Translations under genes and position numbers: made by a program
Shown here: in pieces, positions 31,811-49,069 of the stretch
Position numbering within the stretch: position 1 is the stretch's first letter
How the letters are laid out: each line of letters starts with the position of its first letter
The notes under the pieces: generated by a model
What the model saw: the letters and a program-made list of their open reading frames with translations, nothing else
The model's database searches: none
Told to the model about the DNA's origin: nothing
From: the human T2T-CHM13v2.0 reference genome, Homo sapiens
DNA: 64,000 bases
Assembly: GCF_009914755.1 (NCBI RefSeq)
Contig: NC_060926.1
Direction: 5' to 3' (one strand)

Positions 31811-33219
31811 CCCTAAAACTAAAATTTTCTGCAGCTCAAAGTTCTAGAAGCATGTTAAAATACAGAACATGTGTAAGTCTTCCTAAGTTGCCTCAGAACC
31901 AGTGATTTCATTTATGTCGGAGGGTGTGTGTGCGGGTCTAGAATGCAATACAAAGCTGTTAGTGTGGCAGTGAATTCTCAGTTACTGGAGATCAACTTTA
32001 GAACACCCAGAGGCACCTAGCAAAGGTCTGTTTTCAGAAGAGTGTGTGTGGGGTGGGGGAGTAATGGGGGCACAGCTCTGAAGTGAAGATGCAACTTCCA
32101 ACAAATGAATGCCAAAGTGTGAAAAGTTCTTGAGAATGATCTCCAGCCAACTCCTATTGGCTGGTGGACTCTATAAAAGGTCTACAAAAATATACCTTTT
32201 TAGGGTATCTACTTACCACCTGAGTAAGTAAAAGTTGAGAGACATGAGCAAAGCAACCTAAGGATGCAAGAAGGGCCTTACAGGGAGGAGGGATGGGGAT
32301 GGGAGCAGGCCTGAGAATGGCTGCAAGCTGACCAAGTGGAAGCTTTGAGCACCACACATCCCAGCAGCCTTGAGAAGCAGGTAGGCAAGTCTCCTCATAC
32401 CAGCAAGGAGGCGCTCGTAGCATTAAGAACGTTGTCTGAGGAAGTTCCGGCTTCTCCAATAACCCCCTGAGGGATGTAGGGGTGGAGCTGTGTGGTGTAA
32501 GCCCAGCACCACCTGAGCCACAAGGGAGCTGTGGACCATCTTCCAGAGTCTCAATTTTCTAAACTCATTTGATGGGTGATAATCTTAAAACATTTTCTCT
32601 TAAACAAGCAGTAGCTTATAGAGTAGGAAATAAAATTCATACAAAATTATCTGTAAAGACACAAAACGAGAGAAATATGACTTTTGCTCTCCTGGCCACT
32701 CTGAGCTGGATCCCAGACCCCAGGAGACAGAAGGGACTCTGCTTTGAATGCTATGACCTGACTCCTGGCCCTGCATATGGTGAGGAGGAGGGAGATGGGA
32801 AGACATTCGAATGGGCTGGGGCCAAGGCTGCACTGGGGCTGCACAAGCAGTTGCAGGAAGGGAAAGTGGAGGCAGGTAGCATTAGTGACAAGAGCAGCCA
32901 CAGAGTGGAGAACAGCGATGGCGGCAGCCGAGTCTGGGGCAGGCTGGGAACAGAGTAGCAGATCTTCTGATATCAGAGGCTAGAGCCATTAAGAGACAGA
33001 AGCTAGGGGCAGCCTGTCTTTGGGGAGGAAGCCACCGACACCCAGCATCTCTTCAGAAGGGTTCACAGTTGTCTGGACTCAAGCAGCTTGCAGGACCAGG
33101 TGCCTTAATTCTCTGTCCCTCACTACTGGCATCCACAGAGAGGTCTCCGCCTAGCAGCAGCATCCAAGAAGGAGGTTTTGGGTAGATTCATAGACATAAG
33201 CACCCAAATTAACCAGACT

Positions 33220-34221
33220 ACGAGAGTTCCTCAAAAGTTTTTATTCTTTTTCATCTTTTTAAACTGGCACACTGCCTGGTATACACCGCCAGGTAGGCAT
33301 TCAGAAAAGTTTCTTTTTTTTAAATACACAATTTATAATACTGGGAAGATTTCATTTCAGTGTTTCCCAAAACATTATTCCTGGAAAGGGTGTACTCTCC
33401 CATGACTCTGGATAATAGAAGTTTTGTTCTGATTTTTTAAGTCACCTCAGACAGACACTGGAACACGTTAGATCTAACACTTAAGTGCTTTGAAAGGGCA
33501 GTAAAAAATCCCCAAGGAATTCAAGAATTGTAATAATTGCTGGGAAGACTGTGGTTTCTGTAGCCCAGGGTGGCTTCACAGTTGTCAGAGGTCACAGATT
33601 CTATGTCCCTCTCCGACCAGGGACCTCCAGGACAGCTTCCCTGGTTGGTTCTCGAGTCTTTCAGCAGAAGGCAGACCAACAGAGAAGGGTTGTGACCTTC
33701 TCCAACCAGCCCAGGCCTCACGCCGCTGCATCGCAGACCCAGTATCAGCAGCAGAGCTACGGAGCACGTCATCCTGGGAGTGGATCCTCCGTGGGTCACA
33801 CCAAGCAGCGCAGCAGGGAACCAGAATGAGGTTCAGGGCCACCATCAAAAGAGTGACCTCCCCTCTCCTTCCAATTAGTTACCTGTATTCAATGTGCAGT
33901 GTAAACGAGCAGAAGTTTTACAAATTAAATTACTTTCTTAAAAATCAATACAACATCGTTACATACAATTCTCTTTGAGAAGTCTTTCCAATTCAATTCT
34001 TAAGTTTCATTTACAAAATGGTGTGCAAAAACAAACACTGACCTCAAATAAATAGGAAAAAAAAAGTGGGAAGAGCTAAAATTTTTTTTGTGTTTTTAAA
34101 TTAAAAGTTAAAAACATGAGCTGCACTTCAAAGTATCTGCAGGATGGAGAAATACATCAAGAAGGCTGTCAAAAACAGCTCTCAGAGTTAGAGTTGCATT
34201 TTCAACTGAGGTTTTCTGTGT
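33220..34221 (-). other. ST3GAL5: ST3GAL5 3' UTR (~1 kb, no interspersed repeats recognised)
   Basis: Runs from the stop codon to the AATAAA signal. The cleavage site is inferred about 15-20 nt past the signal. Confidence 0.8.
33240..33245 (-). terminator. Polyadenylation signal AATAAA
   Basis: + strand tttatt at 33240-33245, followed on the minus strand by GU/U-rich sequence (gtagtctggttaatttgggtgc). Confidence 0.8.
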
Positions 34222-34602
<381 letters not shown>

Positions 34603-34704
34603 TTATACATCATGAACTTTAGAGTCCAACTCTCCATTTAAGTCAGGAATCTAGGCTCTAAAACATGGTCTGTGATGTTCACACACTTTCAAGGGGCAGC
34701 CTGA

Positions 34705-35062
<358 letters not shown>

Positions 35063-35422
35063 CTAAAATGTCTACCCCACTGGTCCTTCCTATATGTGAT
35101 GCCCAGAATCATTAAAAAAAAAAAATAAAAAAAAAAGCCTACTTCCTCTCTCAATGACAAATGTCTATGAGGTCTGCTCTGGGAGAGGTGGCCACAGGAC
35201 CTTCCATGGTCCTTCCCAGGGCACAGTTTCTGGAGCCCATCCCTTCCTGAGAACAGAGGATTCTCAGTTCTCACTGCAGAAGACTGTGTTCACACACCAG
35301 CAGCTACATCCCACTTAAGGGCCCCATTGGCTTTGCTGGCAAATAGCACTTCCAGGCCATTTCCCTATGTAGAGCTGCTAAGCCAGTTTCTTCCCACCGT
35401 CTGTTTGGGCAAGTAAATTTTG

Positions 35423-35734
<312 letters not shown>

Positions 35735-36846
35735 TAGTCCTGAATTAAATATTTCCACATTTGTTCCTTTAAAAATGTATCCTACTGACCTTGGCCTAGA
35801 ATCTCCATTGTCTAAACCTTTCTAGATTCTGATGGTGTCCCCACTCCCTCCTCATGTCTGGCATCTTGTCTTGCTTCCTGGAATGTGCAAATCTGACATC
35901 GTGCTTTCTGGATCTCCATGCCAGCCTTGGGTAAAAACAGTACACAGGACAGGGAGGAATACAGAAGGCCCTGCAGCTCACTAGGCCTCCTCAAAGGCTG
36001 CCACCAATCTACTACTACTCTTACTATTAGCATCCTTTTGTATAGTTTTTCATGGAAAAATGTGCCTCTCTTTTCATTCATCTTAGTTGAGCTTGTGGCT
36101 GCCATAAATATAACTCTTCTTTTTTGTAAAGTGGAACAGTGGACCCTCCAGAGTTCACAGATTCAGGTGGGATTAGGGAACATCTACTGAAGCCATCATT
36201 TGTTAAAATCTGCTTCCTGCTCCTTGATGCATCTACCTCTCAAAGCCAACCTCACCTGTTAAAAAGGAACTCAACAGCCATTCTGCATGCTTGGAAATAG
36301 AAACCAAGAGAAATTAACACAAAGGACACTTTCCTCCTGTTTAGCCAGGGCTCTAGGCGTTGTTCTGTCTTCTCCAACCATGTACCCCCAGTGACCATCT
36401 TGTCACACAGGGAATATTCAATGTTTGTCGAAGGAGTGTGTGAAATCAACTGTCCATTGGGGTGATATATGGAGAGAACTAAAAAACCGATGAAAAACTC
36501 CCCAAAGCATGTCATCTCTATAGCATGCCCTTTGAGATCACATCTCCTACTGCTCAACAGGCTTCTTCATCTGCTGGAAGGACATATACATGAGGAAGTT
36601 TCTGATACTGCAACTTTAGATCAGAAGTCCTCTTTTAAGTTACTGTTTTTATCCAAAAGAAAAATGCCATTTTATCAATTATAAAAATAGGAAAATATTC
36701 AGTTCAACTAACAGACAGATTATAAAGCAGAAAGTAGAAGTCTTCTATAGACTTCCCCTCTGAAGAAGGGCATTCTTCACAGGCTGGTGTCTATTTCCAA
36801 GCTTTTATACTAAACACATACTTTTATTGTTAAAGTGTTCTGTATC

Positions 36847-37141
<295 letters not shown>

Positions 37142-38479
37142 TAGTGTTTTGTATGTTTATTTTCTCACTTAATATACTATGGAGGTGTTTTCCTATATTC
37201 TTCATCCTTAACAGACAATACTGCATTGACTTTATCATAATTTGTTTAAACAATCCCATAATAATGAACATTTAGGCTGTTTTTAGTCCTCTGCTGTTAA
37301 TGCTATAGTGTACATCCTAGAATATCCATCTTTATAAATTTCTCTAATTTCCTTGTAATAATGTTTTTAGTGTAAAATTGGTGGGTCAGAGATGATTCAT
37401 ATTTAAAATGGTTTAATATTGCCAAAATATCCTCCAGAAAAAGTGCCAGCTGATCATTCTACCTACATTCCTGCCAAACAAGGACATTATCAAACTTTTA
37501 AGTCTTTGCTAAGAAAATGGGCAAAAATACTATTGTGGCTCTAATTTGCTTTTATTTGATTATTGGTAAAGTTGAACATTTTTACATGTATTCTTTGGCT
37601 ATTTTAATTCTTCTTTTGTGAAATGTCTATTCCTATTTTTTGCCCATTTTCTATTGGTTCATCTTTTTCTCTTTGATTTAGTAAGAGCTCTTTGTATTCT
37701 GAGAGTGTTTATTCTCATTGTACATGTGATAATTTCCACACAGGTCTTAAGTTTTAAAGACACCAGTCAAGTTATTCAGATCAAGAAGCCGCAAGTAATA
37801 AAGGCATGCACACCCCCACGCCCCTGGTGGCAGCACTTGCTAATTGCAGGTAAAGAATCTCTACTGCAATAAACAGCCTAGAGCACAAAGTTCCCAAATT
37901 AGGCTGCAAAATAAAAATCGTCCACGGAATTTAGAAAATCTTAAAACACAAAACAATTAGAATGTCTGAGATGAGACCCAGGCATTAACTGAAAAACACT
38001 GTTCTTGAGGATTAACTTTTATAACTATCACCTACAAAGTGATGATAAAAATCAATACTCACCTGAATGGCCCACAGAGTGAAAATGTAAATATGACTTT
38101 TCTCTGGGGTACAAAATTTTTTAAATTTTTAAAAAATTAAAAAATAAAATGTAAATAACTTTTCAGATCATGAAAGTGCCTTTCAGTGTCCTGCAGTTAT
38201 ATGGAGTCCTGGAGTAAGAATACCTTAAAATAGTATCTCAGTGATTCAAGTGTTAATGTGCTGCCTACACTAAAGAGAAGAGTCACTGGAGAGAAGGCCA
38301 ATTAAACAATGAGGAGCCCTGCAGCCAAGTGCAGAGTGGTAAACACACATGGACCATCTAATCACAGGCTGGGTTTCTCCACTGGAGATGCTTCTGGGTA
38401 TACAGTTGAGCCAAAGTGAAATTTGTACACATCGCCCCTCAAACAGGGAATGATTAACTTTGAGTAGCAACAAAAATAC

Positions 38480-38638
38480 CTTATCTCGGCCCCAGAACCT
38501 TGACTGAGGCTCTGAGTACTGAAGGATGTCAAAGGCAGTCTCTTTGATGATAACTGGATTCAAAATCCTGAAATGTTTTGGCTGCAGTGGGATTTTTTCT
38601 GCCACCTGCTTCCAAAAGAAGAGTCGTACCCAGAATGG
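38480..38638 (-). CDS. ST3GAL5: ST3GAL5 exon 6 (159 bp): [28 protein letters not shown]...FWGRDK
   Basis: Overlaps ORF 38270..38605. Acceptor tttccttag|CCATTC, donor GATAAG|gtatt. Exactly 53 codons. Confidence 0.98.
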
Positions 38639-39998
38639 CTAAGGAAAGCAAGCAAGCAGTTGTTAGTCATCCTTCTAGGGGAGGGGAGAAAGCATTCCCA
38701 CTCATCAGACCAAGGCTGTGGGTGTGACCCCATGTGGCCCTGTGCACTGCCTTCTGAAGCAATCTACTCCTATAGATTGCAAAAGCTACGCAAATCCGGC
38801 ACTCCAACTCAAAAAAGTAACTCTGAAATAGCCACTTCACACAGGCGGCACTGGACAAAGAGATGAATTGCAGAACCAGCTTGTATTTGTTTGAGGTAGA
38901 CATTCCTCAATGGTGCTAACACCATCATTTTGTCTAGGGAAGCCCAAGTGAATAGGTCCAATTTAAGGCTATTAAGTGCTGAAACTGCCCTCACCTCGCA
39001 TCCTCTCTCACTTACTCTATTTCCTAGTCCCATGAAATCGTTTCATATATGCTTCATCTTCCAACTAGAACTTCTGCCCAATAGAAAATCCAGAAGACCA
39101 TGATGACTGATATAGAATCAGCTTTGGAAATACAAATTTGTCATCACATGGAGTTTACGTGAAAAGTTGAATACGTCCCATTAGTTTCACAGACAGCTAG
39201 TTTGTGCATATGTCTATACATGTGCATACACTCCTCGACAGCTGACCTCTGAAATGTATTTGAATATAATGGGTGAGACTATAAAGTAATGTGACCAATA
39301 AAGACAAAAGGAATATGACCAAGTGAGGGCCATCTCCTCCATAGCTGCCCTTCTGGAATGCCATGAATTTATTCCAACAAGGGAACCACTGACCAAAGCA
39401 TTTTTGGAGCTCTTTAGAGTATTCCTTGATTTTTATATGCTTTTGAATACCCTCAAAAAGGCTTATATCCATCTAAGTAAGTCTAATTTCTGGAACTAGC
39501 CAAAAGCTATGCAAGTTCATGTCTGGAGAACAAGGTGGGTGAACAACCTCAGTAACAGCAATTTTGGTCACAATCTGGATATTCCCATTAAGCAATGATC
39601 ACCATTTTCATGCGACTCTTAATTAGGTCTGGCCCATCCATGCAGAGTGTACAGCTGTACACAGACATAGGAGGAAAGCACCCACTCCTGGATTGACACA
39701 ACTGCAGCAGGGCCTCTTTATAACCATCTCACTCCATTCCCGCCACCAAAAGGAAAAATACTCCCACTGTATGGTACTTTCCGATTTCAACTGGGTGGGC
39801 AGGGTCTCATTTGTCTCTCAGGAGTGTGAAATTTCACCCATGAAATCAAAAGCACTGAGGAAGTGCCGGTGCTGAGACCGCACCCAACAAATCTCCCACT
39901 AGCTCCTAGTATTTGTTCAGTTTAAATTATAAACACCCTCACCACTGTCTCTACCAGGAATTCTCCAACCTGCCCATGTGCAAGAACCACTGGAAGAG

Positions 39999-40298
39999 GG
40001 CCAGGTGCAGTGGCTCATGTTTGTAATCCCAGCACTTTTGGAGGCTGAGGCGGGTGGATCTTCTGAGGTCAGGAGTTTGAGACCAGCCTGGCCAACATGG
40101 TGAAACCCCATCTCTATTAAAAATACAAAAATTAACTGGGCGTGGTGGCAGGCGCCTGTAATCCTAGCTACTCGGGAGGCTGAGGCAGGAGAATTGCTTG
40201 AACCTGGGATGCGGAGGCTGCAGAGAGCCAAGACTGCACCACTGCACTCCAGCCCTCTAGCCTGGACAACAGAATGAGACTCCATCCCCAAAAAAAAG
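39999..40298 (+). mobile_element. Alu (AluS-like), intron 5
   Basis: Full dimer. Confidence 0.9.
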
Positions 40299-40335
40299 AA
40301 TTGCTGAGGGGTTTCTACAAAGAGAGTGATCATCA

Positions 40336-40692
<357 letters not shown>

Positions 40693-41027
40693 TCAACCAT
40701 CTCTGTACACCAGGCAGTATCCATGTCATGTCCTCCACGTCTTCTTATGACTAAGAATGAGTGCATGGTTTGCAGCCTCATCTCCCCTCCCAGCTCTGTC
40801 TTTCTAGGATTTCGAGGAATGCAGCCTTTAGTACTTGAGCGAACACTTGTATCTAATCCCTGAATGTCAAGCAATTTCATCTAGCCCTAATATTTTTACT
40901 CAATCTAAGCATATTACATTTGGGACTTTCTCTGGGTGCCAGTAAAATATCCTCAGAAATTTTCCATTGTGCTCAGATGTTAGTTCTTGCCAGAATTTCA
41001 AAAAAGGAATCAGAAGGGAAAATCTAG

Positions 41028-42334
<1,307 letters not shown>

Positions 42335-42629
42335 TTAAAAATATACTCTTCTAGATGACAATTTGTCCTATGATGTCTGATGTAGCTCCCGTGTTGATTA
42401 CTGTCTTTTAACACAGAATATTTGCTTTTTAGAGTTAAGTTTGGCTCAGAAACTTGAAGAAACAACCTGGGAGAATCACATGACAAGGAGATAAACACAG
42501 CAGGGTATTCATTTCATTGCACAGGCAAAGCAAGAAGGACTCCTGCCTCCCACCCCCAGCCTAACACTGTTCAAATACATTTGGGGTGAAAATGTACTTC
42601 GGGGTGTCTAAGACTTCATGTTTCATAAA

Positions 42630-43776
<1,147 letters not shown>

Positions 43777-43940
43777 TCACCCCAGTCTTCCTCTTGGCTC
43801 AGCTGGACAAATGCTGACTCAGAACCCCTGTCAGGTAGTTCTTCCTATCTTTGTGCTTTTTTATCCTTGTCTCCATATTTAGCAGCCTTGGAATTGGCCC
43901 TGCATTACTCCTCCTATTCACTACCTTCTCACAGGCAGAA

Positions 43941-43968
<28 letters not shown>
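43941..43968. repeat. (GT)14 microsatellite
   Basis: Direct read. Confidence 0.95.
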
Positions 43969-43971
<3 letters not shown>

Positions 43972-44962
43972 CCTATATTTACTGGGATATTTATTAGGAA
44001 TTCAACATATCTTTTCAACTTTGTCAGTATCATTATGAGGATTATTACTGGGGTATAGGTTTAAATGTTCATCCCAACTATGCTTTTCCTCAAGGCCTTG
44101 TTATTTTTATTTTCATTTTCTGATTTTTGCTTAACACATTTTTTTAGGAATGCGTCTATCCTATTATAACAGAGATACTTAATATATTATAGCTTTGATA
44201 AGTTGTTAGCATCCGTGAAGAGAACACTGTCTACATCCCAAGAATCTGGCCCCATTTCTGAAAAAGGAACGATATTCTTGGAGCCTCAGAAACGCTGCTG
44301 CAGACACCATGCATAGCCACTGCCTCAGTTCACCCTCACGACACTATGGCACCTTGCAAGACGATCATTAGTATCTTCACTTTGTAAGAGGTCTGAGCTG
44401 GCCCAGCAAACCTGGCTCCTAAAACAACAGCCTCTACCTATAGAAATCAGCACACAAACACCACCATTGATAACAAATGTTTAAATATGAATTGGCATCT
44501 TCATGAGGAAATCAGCAGGAAAGCCAAGCAAGGAATCTGCCTTGACCCTGAGCCCCCGAATGGAGGGGCTCACCCCTGGCCAGGCCTGCCCAGCAGGCGA
44601 TGCTCCGGGTGCTTAATGCCAAGCTGGTGGAAGCGGGACACACAGAGCGGCCACACACACTGCACATTCATCTCAAAACCCTAGGCCCGAAGGTCATGAA
44701 TGGCAATTTTTAGAGACCTAAAGGCCTAACCCTCCACTAGAGAATCATATCCTAAGTATCTGGTTTTACAAATCTCCTAGGACAGAAAGGAACATCTGAG
44801 AAGTGGCAAGAGGGACCCGGAGAAGCTCACTGATGGCCACGGGACTAGAAAGAGGTGCGTGAGCGAGCTGGATGCTCGCCAGGCTGCCAGGTCTCCTCTT
44901 CAGAAGCTGCATCTGGAAAGGAGTGAAATTTCATTCCATTTCCATTCTCACCAAGAGGTTAA

Positions 44963-45294
<332 letters not shown>

Positions 45295-45477
45295 AAACTT
45301 AATTTTCTAGACTGTGGGTAGGGCACATTTCTCAGTAGTCACCTTCTGACTGTGACCCCTCCTGCGCCTAAGTGACAGTGGATGCAGTAGTAAATCCTGA
45401 GTGAGTTTCTACATGTCCTGGCAACGTCTAAAGTCACAGCAATTCCTTGTCCTCTTTTGTTTCAACTCGTTTAACAG

Positions 45478-45622
45478 ATCTCCACTGATTGCCTGGAGAC
45501 AGGGCTTTTTCTGTAGAGAGCTCACACAGAACTCCATCTCATAGCCACTCAGAACAGGAGGACCACATGGGCCATGTCCTCCACTCTGGGATGGTTTCTG
45601 TTCTTGCTTCAATGGTGCACAA
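45478..45622 (+). repeat. Dispersed direct repeat, copy A (145 bp)
   Basis: Aligns by eye to 47629-47761 with 15 mismatches over 133 bp plus one 12-bp indel. Confidence 0.9.
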
Positions 45623-46938
45623 CCAGACATCATTGTCTTGGGGGCTTCCTCAGAGCTTGTCCCACATCTTTAAGTAAGTTGAACCGGCATCTGCTTCAGC
45701 TGCTCTCTTCCCCCTCCACTGCTTGCCCATAGCTCACAGCTCAGAAGAAAGTGCCTCAAGGCGAGTGCCGCACCTTCAGGAGCTGCAATGAAGAGAGGAA
45801 GCAGTGTGACTAGGCTGTGAGGACTCCAGAGCTCCCAGGAAGGCCTCAGAGGCGTCAGCTGGGGCCTGGGTGGCATTCATCCAGATGAGGCTCACTGGAA
45901 GCCAGGAGCTGGTGACTCTCTCGTAAAATACAAGAACTCCCGTTCGTCTTATATCCAGGGACAAAAATAAAGGTTTCAGTTTTTAACATCTTCCAGGCTG
46001 CGCTTGCAGGTTGCCCACAATTAAGACAAAGTAGACATCTGGTAGTGCCAATTGTTAATGCTGTGGCAGTGTGCCATAAAAACAGCATGTGAAATTCACA
46101 GAAAGGTATTAAAAACAATCAAAGTAATTTTCCTCAGCAAAATCCCCACTTTCATTTCCACTCTGAAATTTTAAGGACAACCCTTCTCAGAAATACAAGT
46201 AAGTGGCATAATTCTTAGTAAAAGGCAATGTTCTATTGCACTTATTATTTTTTAAAAATCCGGAACAGGGCAGAGCATTCAGATTGAAAGAAAACTCGTG
46301 TCTGGCATTAATGAGATGTGGGAAGGAGCTCAATTCTGCCATGGATCACGTGATCTGGGGGCATCAGTGACCTTGTGGAACTTTCATTTCCCACACCTGT
46401 AAACTCTGGTGCTGGTCGCTTCTTCGCAGGTTGCTCTGATGCCCTAAGCATTTTGCCCAGTACCTGGCATGTGTGGAGACTTGTATGATATCACACAAGG
46501 ACAATAACTGAGGGTCACGTTATTGACATATTTTACTCACATTTAAGTTATAACTCTTACCCAGTTAGAAGCAGAAAAAAATTTAAATAACCAAGTCATG
46601 GAAATAACACTACACTATAAACTCAACCAGTTGGTGGAAGCCTGGGGTGGGGTTGAGGGTGGGGACTGACTGCAGAGGGGCTCCGGGGAACTCGCTTGGG
46701 CCATGGGAATGTGCTAAAGCGGGATTGTGGTGACAGAGGCGTGGCTGCATAAGTTTTTAATACTCATCAAACAATGGGCTTCAAAGGATTAAATCTTATG
46801 TAGATTTCATCCCATCAACTGTTAGAAAAAAAAATAATCAGGAGATCTGGAGGCTGGACTCAGTTCTAGATTGATTTAACTAGCAGCGTCGTCTTTGTTA
46901 AAGCATTTCTCCCTAGGTCGAGGCTTCAGTTTTCTTAC

Positions 46939-47079
46939 CTCTAAGATATCCCAGGAAGGCCTGGAAAGCGGGGAGCAGCACTAAGGAGAGAAAAGACTCG
47001 GTTTGAAGATGCTGGTGCCTGGGCTCACTGAATGCTTCAGCAGGGAGGGCCCTGCTTCCTTTAAAGGCACGGTGTAGGT
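46939..47079 (-). CDS. ST3GAL5: ST3GAL5 alternative cassette exon in intron 3; in frame with exon 3, reads TYTVPLKEAGPSLLKHSVSPGTSIFKPSLFSP-stop (TAG 46983-46981)
   Basis: Acceptor ctctgcag|ACC (AG at 47081-47080), donor AGAG|gtaaga (GT at 46938-46937), 141 bp. The peptide resembles a truncated isoform I recall. Confidence 0.7.
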
Positions 47080-47628
47080 CTGCAGAGTCCGAGAGAAGAC
47101 GATGAAGAAGCGGCTGAGTCCATCTGGCCATAATTAACTGCACGCAATGCCATCCGCAGGGAGATAAGGTCTTTAGCTCTCAGAAAGGAGAGAGGGCCAA
47201 GTTCAAAATGCTGCTACTACACAGCCCAAACCGAAACTGACATCAACGTGCCCTCGTCTCTCTTAAAACATCTTTTGAGTGCAATTTCACATCTGAACCA
47301 CACTTTCAAAGTGTCCAGGCATCCCTTCAGAGCCCACTGGTAGTCTTTTTAACAACTGGCACATTAAGGGACATATTTAAATAGAAAATACAAAACCCAC
47401 AACTGCCACAGCCACACTTCCTCTGCTGCAGTAATGAAGGCGGGGACCAGCGTCACCAGACAATGCTCAAGTCTAGCAGGGCTGGCAGGGTCCCACTCAC
47501 ACTGTGGGCTGCTGAGTGGAACCAACAGAGCTAACAGGGCCCCACCCTTATGGCTCTGAGACCTTCTTCTGCCCATATACATCCACGATAATTCAAATTT
47601 GTCCACGTGCTCTTGTGGTAAGGATCAA

Positions 47629-47761
47629 ATCTCCACTGACTGCCTGGAGACGGGATTTTCTTCATGGAGAGCTCACACAGAACTCCATGTCATAGCCACT
47701 CAGAACACGAGGACCACACGGGCCATGTCCTCCACTCTATTCTTGCTTCAGTGATGCACAA
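47629..47761 (+). repeat. Dispersed direct repeat, copy B (133 bp)
   Basis: Partner of 45478-45622, offset 2151 bp. Confidence 0.9.
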
Positions 47762-49069
47762 ATTAAGGAGCTGCTTCGTGCTTAGTGTAGCATTCAAGGC
47801 CTTTTGCTATCTGGCCCTGTCTCATTTTCAGTCCCATATCCTGTGATCCCTCCTCCCCAAATCCTCAGTGATAGGCAACTCTTGCCATTCCTCTCATGTG
47901 CAAAGCATTCTGAGGCCTGCACTTCTGCACAAACCACCTCTTCTGCGTGGAAGGAAGCAGGATATCCTGACAGGACCGTTTTGAAAAATGGAGCATTTTA
48001 ACAAGGTCAAAATGTTAAAAACCTACTTAAAAAAATTCTCTAGTAACACAATAAGACACCCTCAATTCCACCATAATTATAGCAGGCTTTCACTTTCTAT
48101 TTTACTAGTTTCAAACTCACGGAGTTTTACAAACATGTTTGACTTACACAGCTGCCCCCCATTCCTTCCTCTTTCTCTATGAAAAATTACAGGGGACTTT
48201 CTCCTTTACTTATTTCCGTATTACTTGAATTTTTGGTGTTTTTTTTAAATAATTGAAAAAAGTAACCTTTTAGAAATCGCTCAGCACTGGGGTGACATGG
48301 TAGATGGACACTGTGGGCTGCTGCTCAGTTTTGCTTAAGTGGCTTTGGCTCCTTCTCCAGGCAGGTAGGTGTAGGACCAGGGAGGCCAACTCCCCCATCA
48401 GAAGTCCTCCCAACCCCCCTCGTCAGTGATTGGTCAGGAGTCCTCACTGAAGCCCATCAAGGAAGGGCATTGGCATCTATGAAGGCTACTATTGGTCCAG
48501 CCATGAGCTTAGGTCTAAAAATTGGCCCAGTAGCCTAATGAAAGGACTTACATTCCATGGTTCAGGGAGAAGGGGCAGGGAGCGGGTGCTGGGCTTTTCC
48601 CTGTCTACCAGTGGATGTTTAGGTTGAAGAGAACTATCAGTCCTGTTCCTCACATTAAACCTAAGGTGCATTACTGATGTACTCAAAGAATTACAAGTTA
48701 TAACCGGATTTTCTGTACAATCTAGAGTTCACAGGTAATGGAAGATTACACTGTGATTCAAGTACTATCTCCCCTTCCCCCTGAAGTTGAATATATGTAA
48801 GTGCATATTAAGTAATGTAAGATGTTAAGCACACAGCCCCTGTCTCCCAAGACCTGGCCTGGAAAACAAGTGGGGAAGATGAACAGCTGAAATCCTACAA
48901 TGATAAACATCAGGATTAAGGCATGAGGGGGCTCTCTCACACACACAGAGGGACGATCAGGGATAGCCTCTTAGAAGGGGTAACCGCTGAGCTGAGACTT
49001 GACTTAAAATACGAGTAACAGAAGGGCGAAGGGCAGGGAAAGGCTCTAGGCAGCAAAGAAAGAAAGAAT

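Noticed and set aside
33521-33848. ORFs of 87-92 aa within the ST3GAL5 3' UTR
   Set aside because: Downstream of the stop codon, non-ATG or weak starts, and no recognisable homology.
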